From Gammaproteobacteria bacterium (GTDB taxonomy: Bacteria > Pseudomonadota > Gammaproteobacteria > JBCCGL01), in the NCBI GenBank assembly GCA_965277715.1, contig OZ255836.1:3488001-3552000 (forward strand): a stretch of DNA of 64,000 nucleotides, given 5' to 3'. Position 1 is the first letter of the stretch; each line of letters starts with the position of its first letter. A program made the translations under genes and the position numbers. Positions 42,763-54,621 of this stretch are shown here, in pieces. The notes under the pieces were generated by a model. It saw only the letters and a program-made list of their open reading frames with translations. It did no database searches and was not told the origin of the DNA.

Positions 42763-44160
42763 TCATGCATGGTTCAATCGGAACGGGTGATCAGTCGGTG
42801 TGTCCAACAGCTTGTCGATGGTCATTTTGGGGCCACCACACAGCCGGTATTTCTGCAAAATTTCTGGTTGGTTCATGGGGCGGTTTGTACCCCCGCTGAC
42901 ATCGGCAATGGTTTTTTCGACAACCTGGCCATTGTGCAGTACAGCACGCACTGTGTCGGGATGGCTGGGGCTCATATCATCCAGGTGTCCTGTCGTTGTA
43001 TACGCTTCTATTTGTATGCATTGCATCAGTGTGCGGACATCGGCCCGCATAAGCGCCGCCGGGGTATATGTGTGTGGGCTGACGACGCCATCGGTCAAGG
43101 CACTGGCGACGCAGTAGGTGATGCTAAACCGCGCTTGTGCGCTGTTGTTTGGGTCGGTAAATGAAGCGACTCGCGCATAAGGTTCGGGTACGCGAACATT
43201 CACTGAACGAATGTTGTGGGCGGAGAATCCATCATGTTGAAATAAAGCAAGCGCGGCCTCAATGCTGCGGTGCGTATAAGCACAGCTTGGCCAGGGTTTG
43301 CGCAGTGGTGGAAATTCATCTATACCGTTTGAGGCGCCCAGTTTGCTCAGCGGTAAAGCAAACCCAGGTGACTCAGGCGTGCCGTAGCAACTTAAAAAGC
43401 CGTGTGTTTGTTCCATGATAGCCAGGTTGGCATCGACACCCACCTCCGCCAGTAAGGATGATTCAACGCCGGTACGGGCAGCCAGCCCGGCGTGAAGTGC
43501 CTTGACGGTTGAGCCAAACTGCCGTTTTAGTCCCGCCGCGCTACTGGTTGCCATCGATACGGCGGCGGCAAATTGTTCACTGTTTAGGTTTAGCAGTTTT
43601 GCGCTGGCGGCGGCTGCGCCGAGCGATCCGATTGTTGAGGTGGCGTGCCACCCGGCCATGTAGTGCCCATAGCCCAATGCCTCACCGAGGCGCACGATGG
43701 TTTCATAACCAACCAGATAAGCATCGATTAGCTGTTGCAGCGAAACTGTGCGCAACCCAGCCAGTGCCAGCAGGGCGGAAACCACGGGGGCACTGGGGTG
43801 TGTCGAGGCGGGTACTTCGTAGTCGTCGAAATCGAGTGCGTGGGCGGTGACACCGTTGATATAAGCGGCAACTGGGGCGGAAAATTTTTCACGGGTGGCG
43901 GGTGATGCCACGCCGCCTAACCCGCCACTGTTGCGCATTGCCGCCACTGCCATGTGTACCTGTGGCTCATCCTGCCCTGCGTAAATACAGGCGAGTGTGT
44001 CGATAAATGATAAGCGCGCCTGGTGCAATGCGGTATTGGAAAAGGTCATTGCCGGGTTGCAGGCCCATTGCGCCACTGCGGGGATAAAATGTACTGGGTG
44101 AGGAGGTATCACGTCGCTTCTTACCGGCAATCTTTCAGTTATCTGTACAGGGCTTATCAA
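42763..44160 (-). CDS. MmgE/PrpD family protein
   Basis: HALDFDD, HPS, GWHAT, KALHAG and KPWPSC; start may be further downstream. Confidence 0.9.
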   Translation of the reverse strand: MISPVQITERLPVRSDVIPPHPVHFIPAVAQWACNPAMTFSNTALHQARLSFIDTLACIYAGQDEPQVHMAVAAMRNSGGLGGVASPATREKFSAPVAAYINGVTAHALDFDDYEVPASTHPSAPVVSALLALAGLRTVSLQQLIDAYLVGYETIVRLGEALGYGHYMAGWHATSTIGSLGAAAASAKLLNLNSEQFAAAVSMATSSAAGLKRQFGSTVKALHAGLAARTGVESSLLAEVGVDANLAIMEQTHGFLSCYGTPESPGFALPLSKLGASNGIDEFPPLRKPWPSCAYTHRSIEAALALFQHDGFSAHNIRSVNVRVPEPYARVASFTDPNNSAQARFSITYCVASALTDGVVSPHTYTPAALMRADVRTLMQCIQIEAYTTTGHLDDMSPSHPDTVRAVLHNGQVVEKTIADVSGGTNRPMNQPEILQKYRLCGGPKMTIDKLLDTPTDHPFRLNHA

Positions 44161-44831
44161 TTGTTTTGTTGGTGCGTTTTCTTTTTTTCAGGGTAAGCCC
44201 TGACAAAGGGATGCTGTGGCCAGGCGTGCTCAAACTGTTTAAATTGTTTATCTGCCTGTTCCCATTGGCCTTGCTCAAGTAGCATTTCAATCATTGACTG
44301 CCACTCTTTGGGGTTGTGGTGTGGTGTGCGTGCCAAGAGGGTTTGCATGTCACTGTCGGTAAGGCCTGATGGCGGTTCCTCCTGAGTTTCTGGTGATAGG
44401 TCGTCGGTCTCTATCATTAATAGGTCAGGCATCGCTGTCCTGGATTGTATCGAATTTGGCTCCAACATGGGTTGTATTGTAGGTGGTGCCTTTTGCTGGG
44501 CTACTGCTGCGGTAGTGTGGGACGCCCGTTTTTTCTGCCTGGTTTCTGGTGTTGGTGCCGGGTTGTTTGATATGTGCTGCTGTTCATTGTTGGGCAGTAA
44601 GATGACCAGTGTTGCCGTTAGCACCAGCATGGCCGCCATTGCCAGTGGCGGTGCCCAGCGATAGGTGGGAGTGCGAAGGGGGCGTGGCTTTGATTCAACG
44701 GCACGGTGCGCTACAGCGAGAATGTCGGCATCAAGTGCGGCGGGCGCGTGCAGTGGGGTCTGCCGGTTTATTTCAGCGTAGGTATCGCTAATATCCCGTT
44801 CAGCTTTATTCTGGTCAGTATATTCAGCCAT
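44157..44831 (-). CDS. Putative anti-sigma factor (single TM)
   Basis: P.ALDA.IL.A..W..PLA.AA followed by a TM segment; coupled to the ECF sigma gene. Confidence 0.6.
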   Translation of the reverse strand: MAEYTDQNKAERDISDTYAEINRQTPLHAPAALDADILAVAHRAVESKPRPLRTPTYRWAPPLAMAAMLVLTATLVILLPNNEQQHISNNPAPTPETRQKKRASHTTAAVAQQKAPPTIQPMLEPNSIQSRTAMPDLLMIETDDLSPETQEEPPSGLTDSDMQTLLARTPHHNPKEWQSMIEMLLEQGQWEQADKQFKQFEHAWPQHPFVRAYPEKKKTHQQNN

Positions 44832-45402
44832 TGGTCACTGTCAGTTGCTGCCTCAGTTTATTGACTGCGTAACGCAGTCGGCTTTTAACCGTTTCCCGGT
44901 CGACATCGGTAACGCTGGCGATCTCCAGCAAACTTAAACCGGCCTCCTCCCTGAGTAAAAACGCCTCGCGTTGTGGCGGTGGTAGATCACCAATTAGCTG
45001 TTTAAGTCGCTGCGCCAGCTCGGTATTGATGGCAGTGTTGTAGGGGTCACTGCCCGTTTCAGCGATTAGTTCGTCGGCTTCTTCCAGTGGCTCGACCAAC
45101 GCCCCCCAGCGGGTATTACTGCGGTAGTGGTCGACCAGGCGATTGTGCGCAATGCTATATAGCCACGTGCTAAATGTCGCATTATCGCGGTAGCGGGTAC
45201 GCGCATTAATCACGCGTGCCCACACATCCTGAAATAGCTCATCCACGCAGCTAGCTGCGTTAAGCTGGCGATGCAGATAGCGATACAATTTATCTTTGTG
45301 CCGAAAATACAGTGTATCAAAGGCGGCGGCTTCACCGTTGGCATAGGCGAGCATCAACGATGCATCACTCTGCTGCTGCCGGTTGTCAGTTTGTGCATCC
45401 AT
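44824..45402 (-). CDS. ECF RNA polymerase sigma factor
   Basis: ELFQDVW, FSTWLY.IAHN, QREAFLL and ETVKSRLRYA; alternative start 45429. Confidence 0.92.
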   Translation of the reverse strand: MDAQTDNRQQQSDASLMLAYANGEAAAFDTLYFRHKDKLYRYLHRQLNAASCVDELFQDVWARVINARTRYRDNATFSTWLYSIAHNRLVDHYRSNTRWGALVEPLEEADELIAETGSDPYNTAINTELAQRLKQLIGDLPPPQREAFLLREEAGLSLLEIASVTDVDRETVKSRLRYAVNKLRQQLTVTNG

Positions 45403-45425
45403 GCACAAATGATAACCGTTTATTC

Positions 45426-47192
45426 TCAATTGGGGTCTCGTTCAGTCTTTGTATTTTGCGAAACCTTTGTTTGCCGGGTGTTTTTAAGCGTGTTTAGACT
45501 TTCGGCCAGCCCGATTAGCTGTAAGAATTCACCACGATAACCAAAGCGGTCATCGCCGCGTGACTGGCTAGCCAGTGTGTGGATTTCACTGTAACTGAAA
45601 TCCTGTAGGTATTTGCTACCGCGCAGTGTTTGTGCGAAGGCGGCGACCGATGCGGCAAAACGAAAGTCCTCTGAGGTCTTGCGCCAGTCTGGATTGATCA
45701 ACGCGTGGCTGACAATCTGTTCAAGCAATTGGCTACTGGGTGAACCGGGTCGCTTATAGCGCAGTCGTAAAAAAGCCAATTCATCGCTGGTGGGGCGCGC
45801 CGCCTTTTGTTGCGTGTAGCGCAGTGGGTCGATCCGCTTCCCTTTACTGGATTGCAGGGTGATTTCATAGAGTGCGGTTACTGTGTGGCCGGCACCAATG
45901 GCACCGGCGTCGACTTTGTCGTTGTTAAAGTCCTCACGTGCCAGCGCCCGGTTTTCGTAGCCAAGCAACCGGTATTCGGCCACCTGTGCGGGGTTGAATT
46001 CGATTTGAATTTTTACATCGTTGGCAATCGTCAACAGTGTTGCGGCACGTTCATCGACCAGGACTTTACGGGCTTCTTTTAGTGTATCGATATAAGCGTA
46101 GTTGCCGTTGCCTGCGTCTGCCAGTTGTTCCATCAGATGGTCATTGTAATTGCCGCCACCGAAACCCAAGGCGGTCAATGCAATACCGGATTCACGGTGT
46201 TGTTTAACCAGGTCTTTAAGCGCGTCAAAATCGGTAGTGCCAACGTTGAAGTCACCATCGGTGGCGAGTAGCACCCGGTTTACGCCGTTTTCAATAAAGC
46301 TTTGCCGGGCAAGTTGATAGGCGAGCTGAATGCCTGCGGCGCCGTTAGTAGTGCCACCTGCACGCAGTTGTTGTAATGCCGGGTCAATTTTTACGTAATC
46401 GTTACCGGCGGTGGGTTCGAGCACTACCCCGGCAGCACCGGCATATACGACGATAGCGATGCGATCCTGGGCGCGCATTTGCCTGGTCAGTATTTTCATC
46501 GCCGACTTTAGCAGGCCAATTTTATCGGGTGAATCCATCGAGCCAGATACATCGACTAGGAACACCAGGTTAGAGGGGGGTAGCTGAAAAAATGATTTCT
46601 GGTAGCCGCGAACGCCAATGTGCAGTAAATGCGTGTGGGGATTCCACGGGCTGGGGGCGATTTCAGTGTACACACTGAAAGGGCGTTGCAGTGATGTCGG
46701 TGGTGTGTAGCTATAGTTGAAATAATTAATCAACTCTTCGATTCGCACGGCGTCGGCGTGTGGCCAGCGCCCCTGGTTTAAAAACCTCCGCACATTCGCA
46801 TAGCTGCCGGTATCCACATCAATACTGAACGTGGATACGGGTGATTCGCTCACTTGTTTGAGTGGGTTGTCGTCAAAGTGTGCGTAGCGCTCCCGGCCCT
46901 GGGTTTGCTGAAAGAGTTGTTTGTAACCGGGTGGAATAGCCTGGTTCATTCCATCCCGGCTCATCCCGGCCACTGCTATTTCTGGTTGCATTACGGCTAA
47001 AGCCTCTGCTGTAGCTTCTGTCTCAGTTGTGTTTGTGTGTGCGTTTGCGGTGGTTTTTGGTTCGAGCGTATTGTTGCACGCGGCTATCGTCATAGCGCTG
47101 ATAAACATCAATGCCAGCTTGTATTTTGGGAAAACCATATTCTGCTCCAAGTCATTAAATAAATGGCGAGTCGTGTGTTTCATCGCCTGCAA
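45426..47192 (-). CDS. YfbK-like VWA-domain lipoprotein
   Basis: Lipobox-like IAAC, STFSIDVDTGSY, DVSGSM MIDAS and ATDGDFNVG. Confidence 0.92.
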   Translation of the reverse strand: MQAMKHTTRHLFNDLEQNMVFPKYKLALMFISAMTIAACNNTLEPKTTANAHTNTTETEATAEALAVMQPEIAVAGMSRDGMNQAIPPGYKQLFQQTQGRERYAHFDDNPLKQVSESPVSTFSIDVDTGSYANVRRFLNQGRWPHADAVRIEELINYFNYSYTPPTSLQRPFSVYTEIAPSPWNPHTHLLHIGVRGYQKSFFQLPPSNLVFLVDVSGSMDSPDKIGLLKSAMKILTRQMRAQDRIAIVVYAGAAGVVLEPTAGNDYVKIDPALQQLRAGGTTNGAAGIQLAYQLARQSFIENGVNRVLLATDGDFNVGTTDFDALKDLVKQHRESGIALTALGFGGGNYNDHLMEQLADAGNGNYAYIDTLKEARKVLVDERAATLLTIANDVKIQIEFNPAQVAEYRLLGYENRALAREDFNNDKVDAGAIGAGHTVTALYEITLQSSKGKRIDPLRYTQQKAARPTSDELAFLRLRYKRPGSPSSQLLEQIVSHALINPDWRKTSEDFRFAASVAAFAQTLRGSKYLQDFSYSEIHTLASQSRGDDRFGYRGEFLQLIGLAESLNTLKNTRQTKVSQNTKTERDPN

Positions 47193-47293
47193 TGGGGTAA
47201 ACGCATAGGCGGAGCAAAAGGGGTTAAAGGCGCTTTATATTCGAGCGTATTTTGGTATGTGCTGAACAATATTCTGTTGGGGATATTTTTTAG

Positions 47294-47680
47294 TTACCAG
47301 ATCAGTTTCAACGGATACTGAGAAAATACCTCATCTGTACTCATCAGCGGCATATTCTCTTCAATGGCCTGCGCTATCAGCAGGCGATCAAAAGGATCGC
47401 GGTGATGAAGTGGAAGGTCGGTGAGGTGATAAGTTTGCGCATGGGTAATTGCCAGTTTATGCAGGCTATTGTTACGGATGCGGTTCTCAATAAATTTTTC
47501 TGGTGTCTCATGTAAATGCAATTTGCCCAGTTTGTATTTGGTGGCAATTTCAAATGCGCTCACCGCACTCAGGTAAAGCTGGTTATTCATATCTAAGAAC
47601 AGTTTTTTTGCGCGTGGAGAAAGTCGTTTATCATCCGTGGTCAGCCACAAAAACGCATGGGTATCCAATAGTATTTTCAT
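47294..47680 (-). CDS. vapC: VapC PIN-domain toxin
   Basis: LLDTHAFLW and HRDPFDRLLIAQA. Confidence 0.93.
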   Translation of the reverse strand: MKILLDTHAFLWLTTDDKRLSPRAKKLFLDMNNQLYLSAVSAFEIATKYKLGKLHLHETPEKFIENRIRNNSLHKLAITHAQTYHLTDLPLHHRDPFDRLLIAQAIEENMPLMSTDEVFSQYPLKLIW

Positions 47681-47693
47681 GTGGATGTATGTG

Positions 47694-47921
47694 TTAACCG
47701 AAGTGTTTCAGAAAATCTTCCGGCAACGTATCAAAGCCATCTTCGATGGTGACAAGGCCTTTTGCTTCTCCCAATTGCCTTGGTTTTTGTGTGGGTTCCA
47801 ATGGCACCAGGCGTACAACGGGTTTGTTGGCTCGCGCAATAAGGACTTCCTCGCCCGCCTCCGCAAGGCGAACTAACTCTGATAGCTGTGCTTTGGCCTG
47901 GTAGATATTGACGGGTTTCAT
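47694..47921 (-). CDS. Phd/YefM antitoxin
   Basis: VNIYQAKAQLSELV..GEEVLIAR.NKPVVRL. Confidence 0.9.
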   Translation of the reverse strand: MKPVNIYQAKAQLSELVRLAEAGEEVLIARANKPVVRLVPLEPTQKPRQLGEAKGLVTIEDGFDTLPEDFLKHFG

Positions 47922-48102
47922 TTTGTTCGAGCTATATAGTCCATAGTGTTAGACTAATATAGCGCCACGGAGTGGTTTTTTCAATTAAGCGAAACCCCAC
48001 CCCTCTTTTGCGGGCCGAGAGAAGGTAGACGGTGTACTGGATTGACGCTTTTCATTTACCAGCCTGTTTGTGCTGTCAATAGTATTTCGTTGCAATAGTG
48101 GC

Positions 48103-48131
48103 TTGACTTTGCTTTAACGCCTACCTACAAT
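48103..48131 (+). promoter_or_regulatory. str operon sigma70 promoter
   Basis: TTGACT-17-TACAAT followed by a GC-rich discriminator. Confidence 0.75.
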
Positions 48132-48282
48132 TCGCCGCTTTTCTGACAGGCCGGATTGCCCGGCCTGTCGTTCGTTTGTCGGCGTGAAACTCTCACTGAC
48201 CGTTTAAGTATCTGCTTTCTTTGCTGTGCTATGCCCGGCGAGGCTGGATACACTTAAAATATCTGGAGCTTAAAAGAGGCCT

Positions 48283-48657
48283 ATGGCTACTGTTAATCAG
48301 CTTGTGCGCAAGCCACGCAAACGCAAGGTGGTGAAAACCAATGTACCGGCACTTGAAGCCTGTCCGCAGCGACGCGGCGTCTGCACCCGTGTATACACCA
48401 CAACGCCTAAAAAGCCGAACTCGGCCATGCGTAAGGTAGCCCGTGTGCGACTTACCAACGGTTTTGAAGTGACGTCGTATATCGGTGGTGAAGGCCATAA
48501 CCTGCAAGAGCACTCGGTAGTGCTGATTCGCGGTGGTCGTGTGAAAGATTTACCGGGTGTGCGTTATCACACGGTGCGTGGCAGCCTCGATACCCAGGGT
48601 GTGGAAAAACGCCGTCAGGGTCGTTCTAAATACGGTGCCAAGCGGCCTAAGAGCTAG
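48283..48657 (+). CDS. rpsL: 30S ribosomal protein S12
   Basis: PKKPNSA and KDLPGVRY. Confidence 0.99.
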   Translation: MATVNQLVRKPRKRKVVKTNVPALEACPQRRGVCTRVYTTTPKKPNSAMRKVARVRLTNGFEVTSYIGGEGHNLQEHSVVLIRGGRVKDLPGVRYHTVRGSLDTQGVEKRRQGRSKYGAKRPKS

Positions 48658-48687
48658 GGCGTTCACGAATACTAATGAGTAAGTTCG

Positions 48688-49158
48688 ATGTCTAGAAGAA
48701 GAGAAATCCCCAAGCGCGAAATTTTGCCAGACCCCAAATATGGAAACTTAAAGCTGGCCAAGTTCGTTAACATCATTATGAAAAGCGGTAAAAAATCCGT
48801 CGCTGAAAATATTATTTACGGTGCTCTGGATATTATGTCGGCAAAGGGTAAGACCGATGTTATCGAAGCCCTGGATGAAGCACTCAATAATGTAGCCCCG
48901 GCAGTTGAAGTAAAATCCCGCCGTGTGGGTGGCGCAACCTACCAGGTGCCTGTTGAAGTGCGCCCAGTGCGCCGCACTGCACTGGCAATGCGTTGGATTA
49001 TGGATGCGGCGCGCAAGCGTGGTGAAAAATCCACGATGCAAAAACTCGCGGGTGAGCTGCTTGATGCTTCAGAGAAACGCGGCGCAGCAGTGAAAAAACG
49101 CGAAGATACGCATCGCATGGCCGAGGCCAATAAAGCGTTTGCGCACTACCGTTGGTAA
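48688..49158 (+). CDS. rpsG: 30S ribosomal protein S7
   Basis: [12 protein letters not shown] and [12 protein letters not shown]. Confidence 0.99.
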   Translation: MSRRREIPKREILPDPKYGNLKLAKFVNIIMKSGKKSVAENIIYGALDIMSAKGKTDVIEALDEALNNVAPAVEVKSRRVGGATYQVPVEVRPVRRTALAMRWIMDAARKRGEKSTMQKLAGELLDASEKRGAAVKKREDTHRMAEANKAFAHYRW

Positions 49159-49185
49159 CCACATAGAGAGTACGAGTATTTTCCC

Positions 49186-51285
49186 GTGGCCCGCACAACC
49201 CCTATTGGACGATACCGCAACGTCGGTATCATGGCGCACATTGACGCCGGTAAAACGACGACGACTGAACGTATACTCTATTACACAGGCGTATCGCATA
49301 AGATAGGTGAAGTGCACGACGGTGCAGCCACGATGGACTGGATGGAGCAGGAGCAGGAACGTGGTATTACCATTACCTCGGCTGCAACCACTTGCTTCTG
49401 GCGTGGTATGGATCAGCAGTTTGATCAACACCGTATCAACATTATCGATACGCCTGGGCATGTCGATTTTACGATTGAAGTCGAGCGTTCGCTACGGGTG
49501 CTCGATGGGGCGGTGGCGGTGTTTTGTGCGGTCGGTGGTGTTGAGCCTCAGTCTGAGACAGTCTGGCGCCAGGCAAATAAATACAGCGTGCCGAGAATGG
49601 CCTTCGTCAATAAGATGGATCGCTCCGGCGCTGATTTTTTACGCGTGGTTGCACAGTTAGAAGACAGACTGGGCGCTACTCCGGTGCCGCTGCAACTACC
49701 TATTGGCGCAGAGGAAAAGTTTGCAGGCGTCGTTGACCTCCTGCGTATGAAGGCAATCTATTGGGATGCCGATACACAAGGTATGCGCTATGAAGAGCGT
49801 GATATACCGGAAGATATGCTCGATCAGGCTGAAATGTACCGTGAGGCAATGGTCGAGTCGGCCGCTGAAGCCAGTGAGGTGTTGACAGAGAAATACCTTG
49901 ATACGGGTGATTTGTCTACGGCGGATATTCAGGCAGGCATTCGTATGCGAACGCTGGCGAATGAGATTGTTCCCGCATTGTGTGGCAGTGCCTTTAAAAA
50001 TAAAGGTGTCCAGGCGATGCTTGATGCAGTGATCGACTACATGCCTTCACCTGTTGATGTGCCTGCGATTAGCGGTATTCTCGATGATAGCGAAGCCAGT
50101 GAGGCGCAGCGCCTATCGGATGACGATGAACCTTTTGCGGCATTGGCGTTTAAAATAGCGACCGATACGTTTGTGGGTAGTTTGACGTTTTTTCGTGTCT
50201 ATTCGGGCGTTTTGAAGTCGGGTGATGCAATTTATAACCCGGTAAAACACAGAAAAGAACGTGTTGGTCGTATCTTACAGATGCACTCCAATAACCGGGA
50301 AGAGATAAAAGAAGTACGGGCCGGTGATATTGCCGCTGCCGTTGGTTTAAAGGATGTGACAACGGGAGATACGCTGTGTGATTTGAAAGAGGTTATCACG
50401 CTCGAACGCATGATATTTCCCGAACCGGTTATCTCGGTGGCGGTTGAGCCTAAAACCAAAGCTGATCAGGAAAAGATGGGTGTGGCGCTGGGTAAACTGG
50501 CGCAGGAAGACCCCTCGTTTCGTGTGCACACCGACGAGGAGTCGCACCAGACCATCATCTCGGGCATGGGTGAATTGCACCTGGATATTATTGTTGATCG
50601 TATGCGGCGCGAGTTCAGTGTCGAGGCGAATATTGGCAAGCCACAAGTGGCTTACCGTGAAACCATTCGCAATTCTGTTGAACAAGAGGGTAAATTTGTT
50701 CGTCAGTCGGGTGGGCGCGGTCAGTATGGGCGTGTAGTGCTGCGTATTGAACCAAAAGAACCGGGAAGCGGTTACGAATTTGTCAATGAGATTGTGGGTG
50801 GCGTTGTGCCACGCGAGTACATTCCGGCTGTCGATAAAGGCATTCAGGAGCAGATGGAAAGCGGCGTAATTGCGGGCTTTCCTGTCGTTGATGTCAAAGT
50901 ATCGCTGGTTGATGGCTCTTATCACGATGTTGATTCAAATGAACTGGCATTTAAAATCGCCGGTTCAATGGGGTTCAGGTCGGGTATGCAAAACGCTAAT
51001 CCAGTATTGCTTGAGCCGATTATGAGTGTTGAAGTGGTGACCCCGGAAGACTATATGGGGGATGTGATGGGCGACCTGAATCGTCGCCGTGGCATGGTTC
51101 AGGGAATGGAAGACGCACCGGCCGGTAAAGTGATTCGCGCTGAAGTGCCGTTGGCAAAGATGTTTGGTTATGCCACGGATGTGCGTTCAGCAACACAGGG
51201 TAGGGCGACTTACTCGATGGAATTTTGTAAATATGCAGAGGCGCCGAATATTGTCGCTGATGTCGTGATGAAAAAAGCATCTTAA
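49186..51285 (+). CDS. fusA: Elongation factor G
   Basis: [17 protein letters not shown] and GMGELHL. Confidence 0.99.
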   Translation: MARTTPIGRYRNVGIMAHIDAGKTTTTERILYYTGVSHKIGEVHDGAATMDWMEQEQERGITITSAATTCFWRGMDQQFDQHRINIIDTPGHVDFTIEVERSLRVLDGAVAVFCAVGGVEPQSETVWRQANKYSVPRMAFVNKMDRSGADFLRVVAQLEDRLGATPVPLQLPIGAEEKFAGVVDLLRMKAIYWDADTQGMRYEERDIPEDMLDQAEMYREAMVESAAEASEVLTEKYLDTGDLSTADIQAGIRMRTLANEIVPALCGSAFKNKGVQAMLDAVIDYMPSPVDVPAISGILDDSEASEAQRLSDDDEPFAALAFKIATDTFVGSLTFFRVYSGVLKSGDAIYNPVKHRKERVGRILQMHSNNREEIKEVRAGDIAAAVGLKDVTTGDTLCDLKEVITLERMIFPEPVISVAVEPKTKADQEKMGVALGKLAQEDPSFRVHTDEESHQTIISGMGELHLDIIVDRMRREFSVEANIGKPQVAYRETIRNSVEQEGKFVRQSGGRGQYGRVVLRIEPKEPGSGYEFVNEIVGGVVPREYIPAVDKGIQEQMESGVIAGFPVVDVKVSLVDGSYHDVDSNELAFKIAGSMGFRSGMQNANPVLLEPIMSVEVVTPEDYMGDVMGDLNRRRGMVQGMEDAPAGKVIRAEVPLAKMFGYATDVRSATQGRATYSMEFCKYAEAPNIVADVVMKKAS

Positions 51286-51318
51286 ACAGAGATTGAGAAT
51301 AGTTAAGGGGTTATAGCG

Positions 51319-52509
51319 GTGTCCAAAGAGAAATTTGAAAGAAACAAGCCACACGTAAACGTGGGCACAATAGGCCATGTAGACCATGGTAAGACGACGT
51401 TGACAGCGGCGTTGACGAAGGTTCAGGCAGAGGCGATGGGGGGTGAGTTTAAAGCTTACGACCAGATAGACAATGCTCCGGAAGAACGCGCCCGAGGTAT
51501 AACGATTGCCACGGCGCACGTAGAGTACGAATCTGCAAATCGTCACTACGCCCACGTTGATTGCCCTGGACACGCGGACTATGTAAAAAACATGATAACC
51601 GGTGCTGCGCAGATGGACGGAGCTATTTTGGTGTGTTCAGCGGCCGATGGTCCAATGCCACAAACCCGAGAGCACATTCTGTTGGCGCGTCAGGTGGGAG
51701 TTCCCTACATTATCGTCTACCTGAACAAGGCCGATATGGTTGACGACGAAGAACTGTTGGAACTGGTTGAAATGGAAGTGCGAGAACTGTTGGATGCGTA
51801 TAACTTTCCGGGTGACGATACCCCGGTCATAATAGGTTCGGCACTTAAAGCGCTGGAAGGTGATACCAGCGAAATTGGTGTGCCTTCAATTAGCCGACTG
51901 GTTGAAGCGTTGGATAGTTACATTCTGCAGCCGGAACGTCCAATTGATCAACCGTTCCTGTTGCCGATTGAAGATGTGTTTTCGATTTCGGGTCGTGGCA
52001 CAGTGGTAACGGGTCGTATTGAACGCGGTGTTATCAAAGTGGGTAACGAGATAGAGATAGTTGGTATCCGCGAAACAGCGAAGACCACTGTTACGGGTGT
52101 TGAAATGTTCCGCAAGCTGCTGGACAGTGGTGAAGCGGGCGATAACGTTGGCGTACTGTTGCGTGGTACGAAGCGTGAAGAGGTTGAACGTGGTCAGGTG
52201 TTGTGTATCCCTGGCAGTATTAACCCGCATACAGTGTTTGAGGCGGAAGTGTATATTTTGGGTAAAGATGAAGGGGGTCGTCATACGCCGTTCTTCAATG
52301 GTTATCGTCCTCAGTTTTACTTTCGCACGACGGATGTGACGGGTGCGTGTGATCTACCGGAAGGTATTGAGATGGTGATGCCGGGTGACAACGTTAAGAT
52401 GAGTGTAAAACTGATTGCACCGATAGCGATGGAAGAGGGTTTGCGTTTTGCGATTCGTGAAGGTGGCCGTACCGTGGGTGCGGGCGTCGTATCGAAAATT
52501 ATTGAGTAA
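51319..52509 (+). CDS. tuf: Elongation factor Tu
   Basis: GHVDHGKTT and [12 protein letters not shown]. Confidence 0.99.
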   Translation: MSKEKFERNKPHVNVGTIGHVDHGKTTLTAALTKVQAEAMGGEFKAYDQIDNAPEERARGITIATAHVEYESANRHYAHVDCPGHADYVKNMITGAAQMDGAILVCSAADGPMPQTREHILLARQVGVPYIIVYLNKADMVDDEELLELVEMEVRELLDAYNFPGDDTPVIIGSALKALEGDTSEIGVPSISRLVEALDSYILQPERPIDQPFLLPIEDVFSISGRGTVVTGRIERGVIKVGNEIEIVGIRETAKTTVTGVEMFRKLLDSGEAGDNVGVLLRGTKREEVERGQVLCIPGSINPHTVFEAEVYILGKDEGGRHTPFFNGYRPQFYFRTTDVTGACDLPEGIEMVMPGDNVKMSVKLIAPIAMEEGLRFAIREGGRTVGAGVVSKIIE

Positions 52510-52514
52510 CTATC

Positions 52515-52835
52515 ATGGCAGCCACTGATACCCAAACAATTCGCATTCGCCTGAAAGCGTTTGATCACCGTCTGATCGATAAGTCGGCGCGTGAAATTCT
52601 GGAAACCGCCAAGCGTACAGGTGCTTATGTGGTTGGCCCGATTCCACTACCGACTAAGAAAGAACGGTTCACTGTCTTGATTTCACCGCATGTGAATAAG
52701 GATGCGCGTGACCAATATGAAATACGTACACATAAGCGTTTGATTGACATCGTCGATCCAACGGATAAAACCGTTGATGCATTAATGAAGCTTGATCTGG
52801 CGGCCGGTGTGGATGTTCAGATTAAATTGAATTAA
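52515..52835 (+). CDS. rpsJ: 30S ribosomal protein S10
   Basis: IRIRLKAFD and GPIPLPT. Confidence 0.99.
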   Translation: MAATDTQTIRIRLKAFDHRLIDKSAREILETAKRTGAYVVGPIPLPTKKERFTVLISPHVNKDARDQYEIRTHKRLIDIVDPTDKTVDALMKLDLAAGVDVQIKLN

Positions 52836-52861
52836 AAATATCAACCAATGCAATCCAGTGC

Positions 52862-52891
52862 TTGGCTTGCAGATATTTCTAGTGCTATAAT
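52862..52891 (+). promoter_or_regulatory. Promoter between rpsJ and rplC
   Basis: Extended -10 TGcTATAAT (52883-52891) followed by a GCACGGC discriminator. Confidence 0.6.
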
Positions 52892-53070
52892 GCACGGCTT
52901 TCCGGCCCCGTAATAGCTAAGCTGTCACGGGGCTTGGTTTTGCCAGAGGCGTGAAAAATTTATTTTGCGCATGGCAGCTTTTTAGCAACATCGGTCAATC
53001 GTAATCGATGGTAGAGAATACCTGGGCACATTGTGCCCTTTAAGGTGTTGTTGTATTTAGAGGAATAACG

Positions 53071-53709
53071 ATGGCAATTGGTTTAGTCGGCCGCAAGGCA
53101 GGCATGACCCGTGTGTTTACTGATGCCGGTGAATCGGTGCCGGTAACTGTAATCGAGGTCGAGCCCAACAGAATTACTCAAGTAATGACTGAAGCGAACG
53201 ATGGATATCGGGCGTATCAAATTACTGTGGGCAGCAAAAAACCCTCACGTGTCAATAAACCAGAAGCAGGTCATTTTGCCAAGGCTTCAGTGGAAGCAGG
53301 GCACGGACTGTGGGAGTTCCGGCTCGCTGAAAACGAAGGCCAGGACTTACAGGCAGGTAGTGAGGTTTCGCTGAGTATTTTTGAAGAGGGACAAAAAGTC
53401 GATATCGCAGGTAAGACAATCGGTAAAGGTTTTGCCGGTGTTATCAAACGATACGGTTTTCATATGCAGGATGCCACTCACGGTAACTCTATCTCTCACC
53501 GCGCACCAGGTTCTATTGGTCAAAACCAAACACCAGGGCGTGTGGTAAAAGGGAAAAAGATGGCCGGACACATGGGGGCAGTACGTCGTACTGTGCAGAA
53601 CCTCAAAATTATCAAAGTTGACGTTGAAAAACAGTATTTATTAGTCAAAGGTGCTGTGCCCGGTTCGCGGGGCGGTGATGTCATCATTTTTCCGTCGGTT
53701 AAGGCATAG
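53071..53709 (+). CDS. rplC: 50S ribosomal protein L3
   Basis: [19 protein letters not shown]. Confidence 0.99.
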   Translation: MAIGLVGRKAGMTRVFTDAGESVPVTVIEVEPNRITQVMTEANDGYRAYQITVGSKKPSRVNKPEAGHFAKASVEAGHGLWEFRLAENEGQDLQAGSEVSLSIFEEGQKVDIAGKTIGKGFAGVIKRYGFHMQDATHGNSISHRAPGSIGQNQTPGRVVKGKKMAGHMGAVRRTVQNLKIIKVDVEKQYLLVKGAVPGSRGGDVIIFPSVKA

Positions 53710-53717
53710 GAGATCTG

Positions 53718-54323
53718 ATGGAACTGAAAATGCAAAATGGTTCAGGTGCTTTGCAAGTCTCCGATGAGATTTTTGCACGCGAATTTAACGAAGCGTTGAT
53801 TCATCAGGTTGTCAATGCGTATCTGTCGGCTGGTCGGGCAGGTACCCGGGCACAAAAAACGCGTTCACAGGTACGTGGTGGTGGCGCTAAACCATGGCGT
53901 CAAAAAGGCACTGGCCGTGCACGGGCGGGTACTATTCGCAGCCCTATCTGGCGCAGCGGTGGCGTTACTTTTGCGGCTAAACCACAAAACCATGAACAGA
54001 AAGTAAACCGTAAAATGTATCGTGGAGCGATTGGTTCAATTATTTCTGAATTGATTCGCCAAAATCGTTTGCAGGTCATCGACGGTATTGTGCTTGATTC
54101 GCCAAAAACCAAACAGTTGGTCGGTAAACTCAAGGAAATGGAATTGAACAGTGCATTGATTGTTACCGAGGCGCTTGAGCAAAATCTGTACCTCGCTTCA
54201 CGCAACCTACCCGATGTACAGGTTATTGATGTTGCTGCCGTCGACCCGGTTTCGTTGTTGCGTTACGAGAATGTCGTGTTTACGGCGGGTGCCGTAAAAC
54301 GTGTTGAGGAGTGGTTGAAATGA
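53718..54323 (+). CDS. rplD: 50S ribosomal protein L4
   Basis: [14 protein letters not shown]. Confidence 0.99.
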   Translation: MELKMQNGSGALQVSDEIFAREFNEALIHQVVNAYLSAGRAGTRAQKTRSQVRGGGAKPWRQKGTGRARAGTIRSPIWRSGGVTFAAKPQNHEQKVNRKMYRGAIGSIISELIRQNRLQVIDGIVLDSPKTKQLVGKLKEMELNSALIVTEALEQNLYLASRNLPDVQVIDVAAVDPVSLLRYENVVFTAGAVKRVEEWLK

Positions 54324-54619
54324 ATCAGGAACGAATGATGCAAATCCTGGTATCGCCGCACGTCTCGGAAAAGTCGACGATTGCCGCTGAAGCAATAAAC
54401 CAGCATACGTTTAAAGTGTTGGTGGATGCCAATAAGCTGGAAGTTAAACAAGCAGTTGAAAAATTGTTTTCGGTAAAAGTGCGTTCGGTGCGCATAGTTA
54501 AAATGAAAGGTAAAAACAAACGCTTTAGTCAACGACTTGGGCGTCGTGCCGATTGGAAAAAGGCATTTGTGTGTCTCGAAGACGGTCACGATATTGACTT
54601 TGTTGGAGGCGGAAACTAA
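54320..54619 (+). CDS. rplW: 50S ribosomal protein L23
   Basis: PHVSEKS and WKKA. Confidence 0.98.
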   Translation: MNQERMMQILVSPHVSEKSTIAAEAINQHTFKVLVDANKLEVKQAVEKLFSVKVRSVRIVKMKGKNKRFSQRLGRRADWKKAFVCLEDGHDIDFVGGGN

Positions 54620-54621
54620 AC

